Assembly (NCBI RefSeq): GCF_036321535.1
Contig: NC_087437.1
Location: 100,504,001 to 100,568,000 of the forward strand
From: Camelus dromedarius
Taxonomy: Eukaryota
Direction: 5' to 3'
Length of the DNA: 64,000 bases
Under the pieces are notes generated by a model. The model had not been told where the DNA came from. It searched no databases and saw only the letters and a list, made by a program, of their open reading frames with translations. Position numbers and translations under genes: made by a program. Shown here piece by piece: positions 27,945 through 41,216 of this stretch; the stretch's first letter is position 1; every line of letters begins with the position of its first letter.

Positions 27945-28752
27945 TTCTTTTCTTTCCTTTTTTTATTTCTTATTTCTCAGGTAGCATTGTTGAGATATAA
28001 TTCACATAATATACAGTTCAATCATTTGAAGTGTATAATTCAATGGCTTTTAGTATATTTACAGAGTTGTGCAACCTTTACCATAATCAATTTTAGAACA
28101 TTGTCATCACCCTCAAAAGAAACCCCACGCCCTTAGTTTTCACCCCCTACGCAGATTTCCTTGCCCTGACTCCTAGCCCCAGGCAACCACTGCCTCTGTA
28201 GATTTGCTTATTCTGGACATTTCATAATGGAATCATACAACATGTAGTCCTGTGTAGCATAATGTTTTCAAGGTTCATACGTGTTGTGGTGTGTACTTCA
28301 TTCCTTTTGATTTCCAAATTACATTCCATTATATACCACACGTTACCCATTCATTGGTTGATGGTCAGTTGGGTTGTGTCCACTTTTTGACAATTATGAA
28401 TATTCCTGTTGTGATTATTGACATACAACCAATCCTTGAATAACACGGGTTGGAACTGTGCGGGTCCACTTATATGTGAATTTTTTTCAATAAATGGGCA
28501 CTACAGTAATACACAACCCACATTTGGTTGAATCTGAGGATGTAGAACCATGGATATGTAGGGCTGGTTATAAAGTTATACTCAAATTTTCGACTGTAGG
28601 AGGGTCAATACCCCTAACCCCCATGTTGTTCAATATTTTGTACAGACATGTTTTCATTTCTCTTGAGCATATACCCAGCAGTGGATTTGCTAGATTAGGG
28701 TAATTCTGTGTTTAACCTTTGAGGAATTGCTAGACTATTTTCCAAAGCAACT
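27945..28752 (-). mobile_element. L1MB-like 3' end nested in L2
   Basis: T-rich tail then TTGAGATATAATTCACATA...GAGTTGTGCAACC...ATTCTGGACATTTCATA...TTTCCAAAG. Confidence 0.75.
28425..28635. mobile_element. MER8/Tigger2-like TcMar MITE nested in L1MB
   Basis: CCTTGAATAACACGGGTTGGAACTGTGCGGGTCCACTTATA...CCCCTAACCCCCATGTTGTTCAA with inverted ends. Confidence 0.7.
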
Positions 28753-29863
28753 TGAAAGTCTTTTTTGTTGGTGCTAATTCCATTGATCTAGCTCATCCCA
28801 TCTGTTATTTTAAATATCATCTATATACTGAAGACACCAAAACTTATATCTGTGGTCTAGAGCTTGCCCCTGAGTGCCAGATCCATGTGACCATTCATTT
28901 CCCATTAACACGTCCATCACTGAACTACTGATTTTCTCCTTTACTTCATGCTCCTAACCTCAAGCTTGCTTTTCCTCTTGTCCTTTTCTTGGTTAGTGAT
29001 GATTCCATTCTTCCAGTTGCTCAGGACAAAAACTCAGAGTCATGCTTGACTCCTCTCTGTCCCAACCCGCATCTGATCTGTCAGCCAGTCTTGTTGGCTC
29101 TACCTTCAGAATACTCTCCCAACGTCTTCTCTGCAGTAACTTCTCTGCTACCCTCCCCTTTTCAAATCACTGTCATTTCACTGCTGCATCATTGCAGTAG
29201 CTTCCTAACTGGTCTCCTTGCTCAGCTTTGGTTACCCTTCAGTCTTTTCTCAACAGAGCATCATGGATGAACATTTCAAAACCCTCCAATGGCTTTCCAT
29301 CTCATCCAGAGCAAAATTCTTAAGTTTTTAAAATGGCCTAGGAAGTTCTTTGTAATTCAGTTCCTCACTCCTTTTCTGACTCCCTAGAAACCGCCCCACT
29401 CACTCACTATGCCCAAGCCATGCTGGCCCTTTTACTGTTACCGGGACATGACCAGCAGGTTCTCACTTTGAAGTCTTTGCAGTTTCTGTCCTTTCTACCT
29501 AGAATGCTCTTTCCACTGGTATTGACATAGTTTACTCCCTTACCTTTGCCCAGATGATACCTTCTCCACGAGGCTTTCCCTGACCACCCTATTCTAATCT
29601 GCAGCCTCTTTCTCCCAATCTTGACACACATATCACCACTCATGGCTTTATTTTTCACCTTAGCATTCATCATCTTCTGACATTCAAACCAATTTGGTGA
29701 TTTTTTTGTTATTTATTTCTCTTTCTCCCTCTGGAATATAAACTCCATGAAAGAAGGGGTTTTGTCTATTTTGTTTGGCAGTTCACAGCTTCTTAAAGTG
29801 TGCTTTGTGTATACTAGGTGTTCTGTTCAATAAATGAATTATTAAAAATTTCAAAAACATTAT

Positions 29864-30235
29864 TGTTATAGGCTGAATATTTTGTCCCTCCCAGATTCAT
29901 ATGTTGAAATCCTAACCCCAGTGTGATGGCATTTGGAGATGGGGCCTTTGGTGGGTAATCAGCTTTAGACGAGGTCATGAGGGTGGGGCCCCATGATGGA
30001 ATCAGTAGCCTTGTAAGAAGAGGCCAAACTCTCTCTGTCTCTCTCTCTCCACTGTGTGAGGACACAGCAAGAAGGCAGCCATCTGCAAGCCTGGACGTGG
30101 GCTTTCCCCAAGAACTGAGTCTGCCAACACCCAGGTATGGGGCTTCCCAGCCTTCAGAAGTGTGAGAAATAAATGTCTGTTGTTTAAGCCACCCAGTCCA
30201 TGGTATTTTGTTAGGGCATTCCAAGCCAACTACAA
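29864..30235 (+). mobile_element. MaLR LTR (MLT1A/A0-like)
   Basis: TGTTATAGGCTGAAT...ATTCATATGTTGAAATCCTAACCCC...GAAATAAATGTCTGTTGTTTAAGCCACCCAGTC. Confidence 0.85.
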
Positions 30236-30284
30236 CGATCATTTTAAAAAACAACTTGGAAGTTGTTTCTGCTGTCACGGCCTC

Positions 30285-30673
30285 ATTCATATCCGCTTAC
30301 CTGTCTTCCCATGTCTCACTTTTCTCATATGTGCTAATGGCATTTGTGACTTTCTGCCTAGGTTCTTTCCCTGGATGTAGGCCTACACTTGCCCACACAG
30401 GCTGGGAGTGCCAGGGAATAAACATTCCCAGGATCAGCCCTCAGCTCTGTCAGCCCCCTTCCTCAGATGGCGCTACCCTGTGGTGTGTTCTAACCAGGGT
30501 CCCAGAGGTCCCAGAGGGGCTGAGCCCCACTGACCTCCTCACTGATGCACCCTTGAACTGATTTCCTTCTTTGCTTTGTCTTTCTTCCCCAGCTCCCTAC
30601 TGTTGCTCGTGGATCATCTCACAAGTGAACTGTTTATTTCTGTATGTGCTTCGGGCAGAACCCAACTAAGATA
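30285..30673 (+). mobile_element. ERVL LTR16-like relic
   Basis: CCCAGAGGTCCCAGAGGGGCTGAGCCCCA...GAACCCAACTAAGATA. Confidence 0.5.
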
Positions 30674-31120
30674 GAAATCTTTGTAAAAACCCTCTGCCTA
30701 TATTTCTATTTCTTAAGGTTATATTTCTCAAGAGGAAAATAGTAGGTCAAAAAGTGGAATTTTTACTGACTTTTGAATACTCACTGTAGAAACCTCTCTA
30801 TATTCGGGGAATTCCACTTTATGAATCTTGGTTGTTTCTCTTTCCGTAGAGGTGAGAGGCTTGAAGCACCATATACACACTTTGTTAGCCTCTTCTGAAT
30901 CTAGGACATAAGCATGTGACCCTGGTTTGACTGAGAAGATGAATCTTGCCTGGATTATGTTTGGGATGCAAAGAAGACAGGATAGGGAAGACTCTCCTCA
31001 GCTGGTGCTGGCTGTTATAGCAACTTCCAGTTTCTGGAGACCACATTGGTGGTGGTGCCAGCAGCACATACTAGAACCCAGTGCTGGCAGAGTAGGGAGT
31101 GCAGGCTGCAGTTTCAAGAG

Positions 31121-31406
31121 CAGTGCTGTCCAGGTGAAGTGTAATGTGAGTCACATATACCACTTAAAACTTTCTAGTTGTCTAATTAAAAAAAAAAAAG
31201 GTAGAATTAATTTTAAGAATATATTTTATTTCACCCAAATGTTACAATTTCAACATGTCAACAGCTTAAGAAACTGATGTACTATTTTATAATTCTTTTC
31301 TTTGTACTTCAAAAATCTGGTGTAGAGCACACTGCAGTTTGGACCAGCCACATTTCAAGTGCTCCATAGCCATATGTGTCTAAGACTCTCATATTGGACA
31401 GTGTAG
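31121..31406. mobile_element. MER33-like hAT-Charlie element inserted in an older LTR
   Basis: CAGTGCTGTCCA...GGACCAGCCACATTTCAAGTGCTC...ATATTGGACAGTG. Confidence 0.7.
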
Positions 31407-31754
31407 ACCTAGAGCTCAAAGGCAGTGGGCAGTGTGTCTTCACATAGGACAGATCTGTGCTGTGTGGTGCTTAATGCATTTGAACTGATTTTGGAGCCTC
31501 TGACCCTAGTTCCTCAGTTTCTCTATTCCACCTGTTAATAATTCCAGATTCTTTCAATATTCTCATTTTCTGACAGAGTTGGTTTCTGTTGTTTGTTTGT
31601 GAAAACCCTATTGATATAGAATTTTAAATCAGCAGTTTGTGCAGACACAGGTATTTACAGAAAGAAGGGAATCCAAGATTTCTTATCTGACTTTACTGGG
31701 GATTATGATAGTTTGAATTATTATTCAACAAACAAGTCACTTTCCTTTTCTTCT

Positions 31755-32111
31755 ACACTGTGTGTAGAGTGTTCCACCCTGCCTCACTGATGGTGAGTTT
31801 GGCTGTGTGACTTGGTTTGGCTAGTGGGATATTGGAGGACAAAATATGAGCCAAGGTCTGAGATGTGTTTATTTGTTCAGTGGTTGTCTGACTTCTTGCA
31901 TTTCTGCTATCACTGTGAGAAAAAGATGCCTCAGCTAGCCTGGTAGTCCAAGGAGGATGGGACATATGTAGAACATCTTGAAGTCCAATTGAGCTCAAGC
32001 TAGATATGCCAACTTCTGCCAACCTGAAGTTACAGGAGCAAGAATAAGTAATTATATTAAGCCATCTAGTTTTGTTATACAGCATTATTGTGTCAGTAGC
32101 TAACTGATACA
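31755..32111 (+). mobile_element. MaLR LTR (MLT1H/I-like)
   Basis: GGCTGTGTGACTTGGTTTGGC...TAAGCCA...TTTGTTATACAGCATTATTGTG...CTAACTGATACA. Confidence 0.7.
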
Positions 32112-33452
32112 CAGATAAAGGTAGTGAACACTATTGCTAGTAAGCAGTGAGTCTCGGGTAAAGTATGGTATGCAGAGGTGACACAATATATTAAAAATTT
32201 CACCCTGGAATGTAGAGCTAATTGAAAGAAGGCTTTGGGGACCACTTAGCTTCTGCAGGAGGCCAGTAGGAAGGACTATGCAAGAACTGTGTAGTGTTTG
32301 CTATTAAAGTTTCCACAAAGCTTAAAGAGATAAATTTACTCGTGACAACAGTACAGTTTTCTCCTGAAGGCATAGACTGAAAATCAGTGACTTTTTTTGA
32401 CTCTGCAAAAGGAACATCACATTTCTTGCAGTCACTGGGTTGAGAGAACTAAAACACACATGCATACATTGAGTCTATGGGTTTCCTAGATTCAATGTCA
32501 TTTGAATTCATGGCCCTGTCATATGTCTGATGTGGAGTCTTGGCATTGATGAGGAAAAGATAGGATGCTAACAATGGAGATTTTGTTATGTGGGAGGAAC
32601 TTCAACTCCCCTCTGAGCTTTGTTGCCAGTGAAGCAGCCCTCATTCATTTTCCGATGATACGCTTTCCTCTTTGCTTAAAGACTCTTAACAAGTCTTTTA
32701 ATAGACCCATCTAAGGGATTTACCTGGCTGAGGGAAGCTAATTTTTCTTCCATCCCACCCTCACCCCTCTTTGTTCCAGAGCTTTAACTGTTGTCAGATC
32801 CCAGCATACTCTGGGAATCAATTTAAAAGCAAATCTCTGAGATGAAAGAATTCCCACAAAAAAATTGGAAAACTTTGTTGTATATCAGAATTATGTGTGT
32901 GTGTGAGAGTGTGTATGGTTTCTGAGGGAACAAGGTCAAAGAGGAACTGATGATGATTTTAGATCATGCTGATTTTAGCATGATGGGGGCATCCATTGAG
33001 TTTCGAGATTCAATGTGCCTCTTCAAGCTGGGAGTAATTCTCATTGTTTGCTTGCTTGGTTGACTTGTAAGAAACAAAGCCTCACACTGTGTTTGAATCA
33101 GAAACAACCAGTGGCATTATTATTCTAAAAACCAGCAGATGTTGAGAAAGAAGAACAAACTGAACTGATTTCTCCTCATTTAAAATTTTTATAATATACG
33201 TAGATTGGAAGGATGCAGTGGAAAAAAAAGAAGTAAGTTGGGGAGTTTTATTACATATAAATAAATATAAGTGAATAAGATCAGACATAGTCATTTAAGA
33301 ACACTGTTTTTGATCCACTGGAATAGTCTCAAACAAAATTTAGAATTTGTTAGGACTGAGGGAAAAGATTCATTCACTCATTCATTAATTAAAGTATTTA
33401 TTGAATATCCAATATGTTCACACAGTTTTCTAGGTACTAAAGACTTAGCAGT

Positions 33453-33585
33453 TGTCGACTGAAATAAATGTACAACCTAAAATTGAGAATTATGTTTTAT
33501 TCAGTGGATATTTCTGAGGACTCATACCCCTGCAAGCCCGGGATGATAGCCTCTTGGATCTCTGTGAGGTAGGAGAGGAGCCTTT
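33453..33585 (-). mobile_element. Fragment of an artiodactyl ERV1-type LTR
   Basis: TGTCGACTGAAATAAATGTACAACCTAAAATTGAGAATTATGTTTTATTC resembles the antisense 3' end of MER41-like artiodactyl LTRs. Confidence 0.5.
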
Positions 33586-34829
33586 TAGCACTAATTTTAA
33601 GTTTGCAATTGTGAACTTATGTTTGTGATAATTTACATAATACCTGTCTTCCCCACAATATGTAACTAGATACCATACCTGTTTTTGCTCACTATAGTAT
33701 CCACAGTGCTAAGCACGTAACAGATACTTAATATTGGTAAGTCAGTGAATGAATGAGTCTTGGGCAAACTGCTTGTTATGAAAAATGTGCACCTATTAAA
33801 TGCAAAACATCAGGATCAAGATATGACATTTACAGTTTGAATATCCCTCATCTCATATCCTATCATTGATCCTTAGAAACAAAACAAAATAAATGTTTTG
33901 CTGGCTGGATCAAGGCTTTGTCTTACATGGACTTTAAATGGCTTAGAAGGGAATGAGTGTTTGAAGAAATCATTGCACACAGTGAGTGACCATCCACTGG
34001 GAGGGAGAAGCTCTAGCGAGTGATGCAGAAACAGCCGGTGGTGGCACAGACTCTAAGCAGTTCAGAGTCATTCAGGGAATGGACACTGATGATTGTTGAA
34101 AAGTTAGCCTTAAATGTCCGGAGAAGAGGCCACATGCTGCCAAGGTCTAGGTCACAACTGAAGAGAATTTAAACTGAGCCACTATGGCTTGAAAATAGCC
34201 TGTGGTTGCCCTGTGTGGGGAACAAGATCCACAAGTGAGTAAGTCGTTAGATACACAAGACATGATACTGGTTACGTCGGAGACCCAGAATCCAGTGTAT
34301 ATTTGAAATTTGTGTGTGTCTATGTGGTATTGTTTTCATTGTTTTATTTTATACTTGATAGATGGAGAGACTAAGTGAAAAAATAATAATTTATGTTTGC
34401 TATCTGTGTAAAGATTTATATCTGTGCATACACATAGATACATGTAAATACATCATGGTCTATTAATGCTTTCTTGATTATAAATCCTTAAAAGAACTCT
34501 AATTACTCTGTCTGTGTTTCTTAATTTGGCATTACGAAGCCCCCATAATAGTTACCAGCTGTGAATAAGAGTACTATAAAAGTTACTCACGTAATTACCT
34601 CAGGAACTCCAACTCCATTAAAGTGACAAGTCACGGAGTTAAATAACAGTTGGAAAAACAAAGTAGCTCACTATCTATTAAAGATCATCCAACCTGCCAG
34701 TTTCTGGACAATACATTTAGAAATAGATGTATCCTAGATGATCCCAATGAAGCTTTTTTTTTTTTTCATGATCAAATTTAATTTTCTGTTGCATCATTTA
34801 AGAAGAAAATTTTATTCAGAGCTAGCAGC

Positions 34830-35280
34830 TACCATTGCATTCAGTTGCTGGTAACAAAGACACAGTCTAAACAAAGTATGGATCATAGTCTCTCATATAA
34901 CAAAAGTCTAAAAGGATGCTGTGCTAGGCTTGTATGAAAGCTCCATGGTCATTAGGTTACCAGACTCCTATCTTCAGCACATGGCTTTGCATTTTCAAGG
35001 ACATATGATGTCTCCTAGAACTCTAGACATTGTGAACATGTTTCAGGTAGAAGAGGGGAGGAATAAGTGAACAAAGCATTCTTTCTCCATTTGAGTCAAC
35101 CTCTTTTAAAGTGGTTTCCAGAAAGTTAGCAGTGGTTTTTACATTGCCTTGGTCTTGGTCACAGCAAGGGAGGTTGGGAAATGTCATCACTGATCTGGGA
35201 ACCTTGTTACCAGGAATGAAATTGGAATTCAACAGAGTACCAGAAAGAAGGGGTAAAATAGATAATAGGTTCTGTCACAG
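34830..35280 (-). mobile_element. MaLR LTR (MLT1K-like)
   Basis: Antisense MLT motifs TTCAGTTGC...GCAAGGGAGGTTGGGAAATGT...TCTGTCACA. Confidence 0.5.
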
Positions 35281-35319
35281 AAAGTCTAAGTGACCACAGA
35301 GATTTCAGTACCATAGCTG

Positions 35320-38300
35320 TTTTTAGATACCTAGCATGTGCCAGGTTGTCCACTACATCCTGGGGCACAAACACAAATATTATATTGGGCCAGTTCTCAA
35401 GGATTCAGTTGTTTGCTGGAGAAGACAGACTATAAACAGCTCATCGCAAATTATGTGGTAATAATGAGAGGCTGGCTTGGGGTTGTGGGAGAGCAGAGAG
35501 TGACTCAGTCTAAACCAGAGGTTTGAGCTTCTTGGAAGAGACTTCCCCAGAATCTAATCTTGAAGGGTAGGTAGGAGCTGAGTGACATTTTAGGCTTGGG
35601 GACACCATAAAAGATGAAGGAAGCATCACTGCTTAGTTGGAACTGAAAGCAGTTGGAGATCATTCAAAGGTTAAGTAGAAGGTAGAAGTGAAAAAGTAGA
35701 GTCAAATTATAAAGGGACAATAGTGTTAACTGAGTAACAAGGCTATGGAAAGCCTTGAAAGGAGTTTAAGCTCAGAAACTGTATAGTGAAATTGAATTTT
35801 AGGTACGTTATTCTGGCTGCTATGTGGGGGAAGCTTCAAAGGATGGCGAAATTGAGATGAAAAGAGTTATTAGGAGTCTATTTCAGTAGTCAAGGTAAGA
35901 AAGAACGGAAACCTGATTAGGCAGCAGTAGTAGGGATGGGAGAAGGATTATAGAACCATGTGGGAGGAATAATTAGTGAATGAAAAGATGTGGGTACACA
36001 GGAGTTTAGAATGACTACAAGATTCTGCTTTAGGAAAGTAGGTGGTTGATGACACCATTAATTGAAATTGTAAATGTAATTGTAGGAGGAACAGGTGATG
36101 GTTGGAGTGGATGAGTGGGAAAAAGATGAGCTCGGTTGGAACATGTTTGAAGTGTCTGTGTAACATCCAGTTGGAAATACTTAGTAGACAATTAGATATA
36201 AAAATCTGAAGCTTGTGATTGGGGGGGAAGAAATGTATTTTGAAATCATAGCATATGGCTAGTTAAATCCAGGTAAATAGATGTACAGATGTATAGAATC
36301 CTTTGTATAGAGGGTAGGCAGAGAGAACCACCAGGTTAAGGCAACAGTCTGCTGATACCAACATCTGAGGAGGATACACCTGCTAAAGGCAATGAAGAAA
36401 TGGTAGACTGGGTGGTTATTGGGTTAAGTGAAACAAAATAAAACGGGATTACTGAGGGCTTCCAATGGACCAGGCACTGTACTGTGACTAATAATCTTGC
36501 CATGAATGTGACAGTCATAGCCTCTTTCTTCATAGAGCTTAGAGTGTAGGCGATTCATATGTTGAATATAATTTACTTCAATTATGAATGGTACAAATGG
36601 AAAGAACAGTCTGTTGGAGCTTGAGAAATGGTGATTACAGCTAGTTTGGAAAGAGCTTCCCTGAGGAAGTCATATTTTAGCTATGACCTAGTAAGGAGAT
36701 AGTTAAGTGAGGGGATGAGGTTAGAAATCAAGACAAAAGTATTACAGAGGGTACAGCAGTCCAGCGTGAGCAGAGGCCCCGGATCTGGGGAGAACTTAAT
36801 GCATTTGAGTTGAATATCAATATGGTAGAACCCAAGAAAGAGGAGAGGGAAGTAAATTACCTAGCAAGGGGGGGGGGAGGAGCGAGTTCATGCAAGACTA
36901 CATGGTTCATACTTATGCCATATTCCAAGAGAAATGGGGGTCATATGCAATGACCAATTTAAAATTCTTTTGTCTGCTTACTTCCCCCTTTTTTTTTTTT
37001 TTTAACTGCCCCTTTTCTACTCAATGAGAACAGAAGACATCATTGATGGGGGTCAGTCAAGATGAGGTAAATCTCAACAGAGGTCATTAAGGATAAAGAA
37101 TGATTATGGAAAAGTTACCCCTTACCTCACTCTTCCAAGGCCAGAACATATATAATCATCACAGGATCATAGATCATTCTCTGGAGGAAGGAACAGTTTG
37201 GAGAATCCTGAGGAAAATCTTGAATTGGCTGATGAGCTGAATTGGAGTATTTAACCCAAATGATGTAGTGTCCCTTGATTTTTCAAGATAAAGTTTTTAA
37301 CTTCTTAGTACATACGGGGCTTTAGAACTAAGCTAATTTTCAGAGAACTAAAGGATGTTACAACTCTGCACATGTGAAGTCTCTGAATCTATGGAATTCA
37401 CGCTTGTTACACACTTACAAAAGCGTACTCTAGCTGTTGTGTGGGGAATGGACTGGTGGATGGTGGGACATGATTCAGGAAGATCATTTAGAAGATGTCA
37501 TACTAGTCCACATGAGGGTTCATTTGGACACGTGGCCTATGGGGGTGGCCTTGGGGTTAAGAGAAGTGGAGTGGCTCAAGATGTATTTAGAAGGTGGAAT
37601 TGGCAGTCTGTAGTTGGTGTTTGGACATGAAAAGTAATGGAGACAAAGGTATTAAAGAAAACTCCTAGGCTTCTGTCTGTGAGATAGCACTGCAGGAATA
37701 TCAGGTCTCAAAGCTCAGTTTTGAATATATTAAGTAATGAGGTGCCTGTAAAATATACAGAGAGTTGCATAGGCTTTCTGCATATGGTTATGTCTTAAAA
37801 AGGAAGCTCTTGGCTGGAAATACAAAGTTGGAGTTATTGGCAAAGAGGTGCTAAGTGAAGCTGTGCGAGGGGATGAAATTATCCCCATGTAAATCTGCAC
37901 AGGATACATATCTCCAGTGGGTGACATTCCATTCAACTCCTGGCCCTGTGTGAGCATGCAGAGTGAGGTTAAAAGAGTGTCTGGATTACTTTCCTGAGGA
38001 AATCCCATATACAATTTTCAGGTAAAGATTGGGGGAGATATGGTAAGAAGGATAAGATGGGTAAGAAGAAGAGGCTAGAGAACAGGAAAAAGAAAAACAA
38101 ACAAACAAAAAAACAGTCCCAGGGGAGTCTAGTCTCACAGAGGTCAAGGAACAAGAGGGTTTTAAGAGGAGGACATGGCCAAGTGTGTGGAATGTTATTG
38201 AGAGCTTAAGTAAAAGGACTGAAAATTGTTCTTCAGATTTCTTGACAAGGAGGCAATCTGGATATTAGTAAGGTGGTTTTGGTGGAGTGATGAAGGCAGT

Positions 38301-38420
38301 AAGCAGAGGAGTGGATGGGAGACAGAGAAATAAAGATGGTAAGGGTAGAACTATCTTAATGAAATTTGGTTCTAAATGGGATGAGAGAAATAAGTATGAC
38401 ATTAGAGGAAAATGAGAGGT
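35320..38420 (-). mobile_element. Cluster of antisense L2 fragments
   Basis: Purine-rich stretches with L2 motifs (TGTGCCAGG...; CTCTAGCTGTTGTGTGG; GGCTGGAAATACAAAGTTGGAGTTATTGGC). Confidence 0.6.
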
Positions 38421-39130
38421 TAGGAGACGCAATGCCCTAGAGAACCAGAAGTTCCTTCAAAAAACCCCTATTTAGCAAGCACCCACCTGCTCTTACCCCC
38501 ATTCACTAATTCCAAATAACAGAATTATTGGCAATGGTACGCAACTTGTATATCAGGAAGGTGTGATGGGCTGCGAAGGCTGTTCAGTTCAGGTTTCAGA
38601 GCAAATTCGAGAGAAATAAAGAGCCCAGAGCAAGTGTACCCATTAAGAGTACAACTCTCCTCTCAGCTGCATATGTCACCTTCTCCCGGCCTCAGAAGGG
38701 CAAGGATTTTGACTAAAGGTCAGCTTATAAGAAAAAAGTCAGAACTTTGGGACCCTTAACTAACCCCTTTAGGGCAAGCTCCATGTTTTATTTGACTTTA
38801 TATGCCCCCAGTGCTAGTGGCAGGATCTGGAAACCTCTCTGTTTTTGTGTAATCAATGTAGTTTCCCTTGGGAAAATTAGTACAAGCAGTAGTGCTACCC
38901 CCTCTCCAATAATGTCCTCAGAATGGTTACCCTGCAGGATGTCACAGATAAGGTACCCTTCAGACCAGGCCATGGTTGTGCCTTTGGGAAACCATAATCA
39001 GAATCAACGCTTCTGTCACAGCTTCCCCAACTCTATAGATTCTGATATTTCTATTCTCTGCCCACTAGTCTCTCAGGAGTGAGAGAGGGGGCTTTTAAAC
39101 CACAAGTTATAACACTAAGATGTAAGCTGT

Positions 39131-39229
39131 AAGGGGTTGGGGTAATAGCTCCTTGGTAGAGTGCTTTCTTAGGATGCATGAGGTGCTGGATTCTATTCAC
39201 AGTACCTTCATTAAAAAAAAAAAAAGGAC
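39131..39229 (+). mobile_element. Camelid tRNA-derived SINE (Vic-1-like)
   Basis: GGGGTTGGGGTAATAGCTCCTTGGTAGAGTGC...GCATGAGGTGCTGGATTCTATTCACAGTACCTTCATT-poly(A): degenerate A/B boxes, A tail, and 14-bp TSD AAGATGTAAGCTGT (39117-39130) / AAAATGTAAGCTGT (39230-39243). Confidence 0.85.
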
Positions 39230-39466
39230 AAAATGTAAGCTGTGGTTCAGCTTATTATTGGATATTAAAGTTGGCAATGTTATTCATGAGCCATATCTGA
39301 ATGTGATTTCTATGATGGGAGCAGTCAACTATATATTGACATGTTTTTGAATTCTTTGGAACACAAATGCTTGTTCTACCATTTATCCTTGCTACAAAAT
39401 ACATTCTGAATAGATAATATGGGGTTTCTTCTCTAAATTCATACCTGCTCACCCAAACATGTTAGC

Positions 39467-39468
<2 letters not shown>

Positions 39469-39513
<45 letters not shown>
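39469..39513. repeat. (TG)22 microsatellite
   Basis: Uninterrupted TG dinucleotide run. Confidence 0.97.
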
Positions 39514-39514
<1 letters not shown>

Positions 39515-41216
39515 TGTACGTGTCTACTCCCCTGGAAGCCACACCTTGTCCTAACTTTATCTTATTGGTAGGTCAACCTGTTTTCAGCAGAAACGGTGAA
39601 CTCACCCTAAGCCCTCTGCAGATCTGTAGGGGAATCTCCCTTGAATGTTACCTGTCAGGTTATGTGTCCTATTTCTGGTGTGTCCTCACTGCCACTCCTT
39701 AGCCTATCCGCAGTAGAATCCCTTCAACCCAAGTACTGGTGGGAGCTGACAGCCTAAACCATGCTCAGTATCCTTGACTTTATCTTTCAGTAATAAACTT
39801 ACCTTCCTGAATATCTTGATGGGGCAAATATTATCTGAAAATACTTTTTTACTTAAAATATTAAAATTATTAGGTGTTAACAATATTCCAGGCCCCATAT
39901 AAGGTAACGTTTTTGCATTCCATATAAATCTTTCAGGAGCTAGTCATTTCTGTTTTTCTGTCTTTATTTATCTTTCCATCCCCTCACCTATGCCCTCTTA
40001 TATTCCCAAGTGGGCTTGTGGCAGCTTATAACAAGCACAGACAATAAACTAATGAGGAATGAGAAATAGAGTCACGACTAGAGGATGCATCAGTAAGAAT
40101 AGGATAGAAGATCCCAAACATGTAGGCCATAAATGCTATGTGGTTGTTGTATTTACTCTGACATTTAGCTCTGGGTTTCCTGGTAATCAGTGCAAGTAGA
40201 AAGACCTAATATTCCTTTTTGGAGAGGAGGAAGCATCTCAGTTCCTTAGGGAAGGCAAAATTGTTTTTAGCACTAAGTTCTGAAAAACATTTTCAATGTG
40301 GTGCTTTATATAAGGGACACTGAATGTGACAGTAGATAATGTTCTTGAAAGTCCATGTGACTGTCTCTTGTTTTGTCTTTAGATAATAGTGATACATCTT
40401 AAAATGCATCTTCCTGATGGTAATTCTGCAAGGACTCACCTCCAATAAAATGAAAGCTGTCTGGGCAAATGAATTGTATCCATCAGAAAGTCCTGATTAA
40501 CTCTAGGATCCATCCAAGGAAAAGGACTGAATACACTCAATTTCTCCTTGGGAAGAGTTCATACTCACTGTCATTATTCTCTTAGTCATTTGAGCACTGC
40601 TTTCTGGCCCCAATCCAGTTGTCCCTTTTTTGTTTAATTTTTGGTATCTTGCTTTCAGCTAGCTGTTGTTATTAATTCTCATAGTAGCCAGAAGAGTCTC
40701 AATGTCAACTGAGTTTTGGAATTGATGAGTTTTAAAAAGTTTAAGATTTTTTTTCCTAATTGTTGATCTTCTCAAAGCTAATATATATTGTGACAAACTA
40801 AGAGGGAAAAATAATGTTTAGTACTTTTCAACCTTGAGTACAGAGTTCCTTTCTCGTGCATCAAACACCTGGTGGGACATGCTACTGAAAGGTATTCTTT
40901 GATAATATCTCAGTGATAGTCCTCATAGGGTACTGACACTTTAATATAGGATTAATCATGGTTAATAAATCTTTGGAATTCAGGACCATGAATTTTCAAT
41001 AGAGCATCCTAAGCACATTGGCAAGTTGATGAAATATATTTGGGCAAGTGGGCCTTCCTAGAATCCCTAGGTCATTACCGTGTATCTATAAGACCAGTGC
41101 CCACAGTCTTGGACATGGTCTAAATGTGCATCTTTTCACAAGAAATCAAGATTGTATTCTTTAGCCTTATCTTTGAATTCACCTGAAATAATATAACTAG
41201 TAAAAATACTGTTGAG

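Larger units (their letters stand above)
26715..29840 (+). mobile_element. L2 LINE relic (ORF2 remnant to 3' end) interrupted by L1M and a Tigger-type MITE
   Basis: Pyrimidine-rich L2 motifs (GGTTTTAAATACCATCTA; CATTGCAGTAGCTTCCTAACTGGTCTCC; CAAAACCCTCCAATGGCTTTCC; tail TCAATAAATGAAT). Confidence 0.75.

Noticed and set aside
32955..33070. ERVL gag-like fragment
   Set aside because: Only a faint resemblance over ~110 bp, too short and diverged to call without an alignment.
39131..39215. tRNA gene
   Set aside because: A/B boxes are degenerate, and the poly(A) tail and TSD indicate a SINE.
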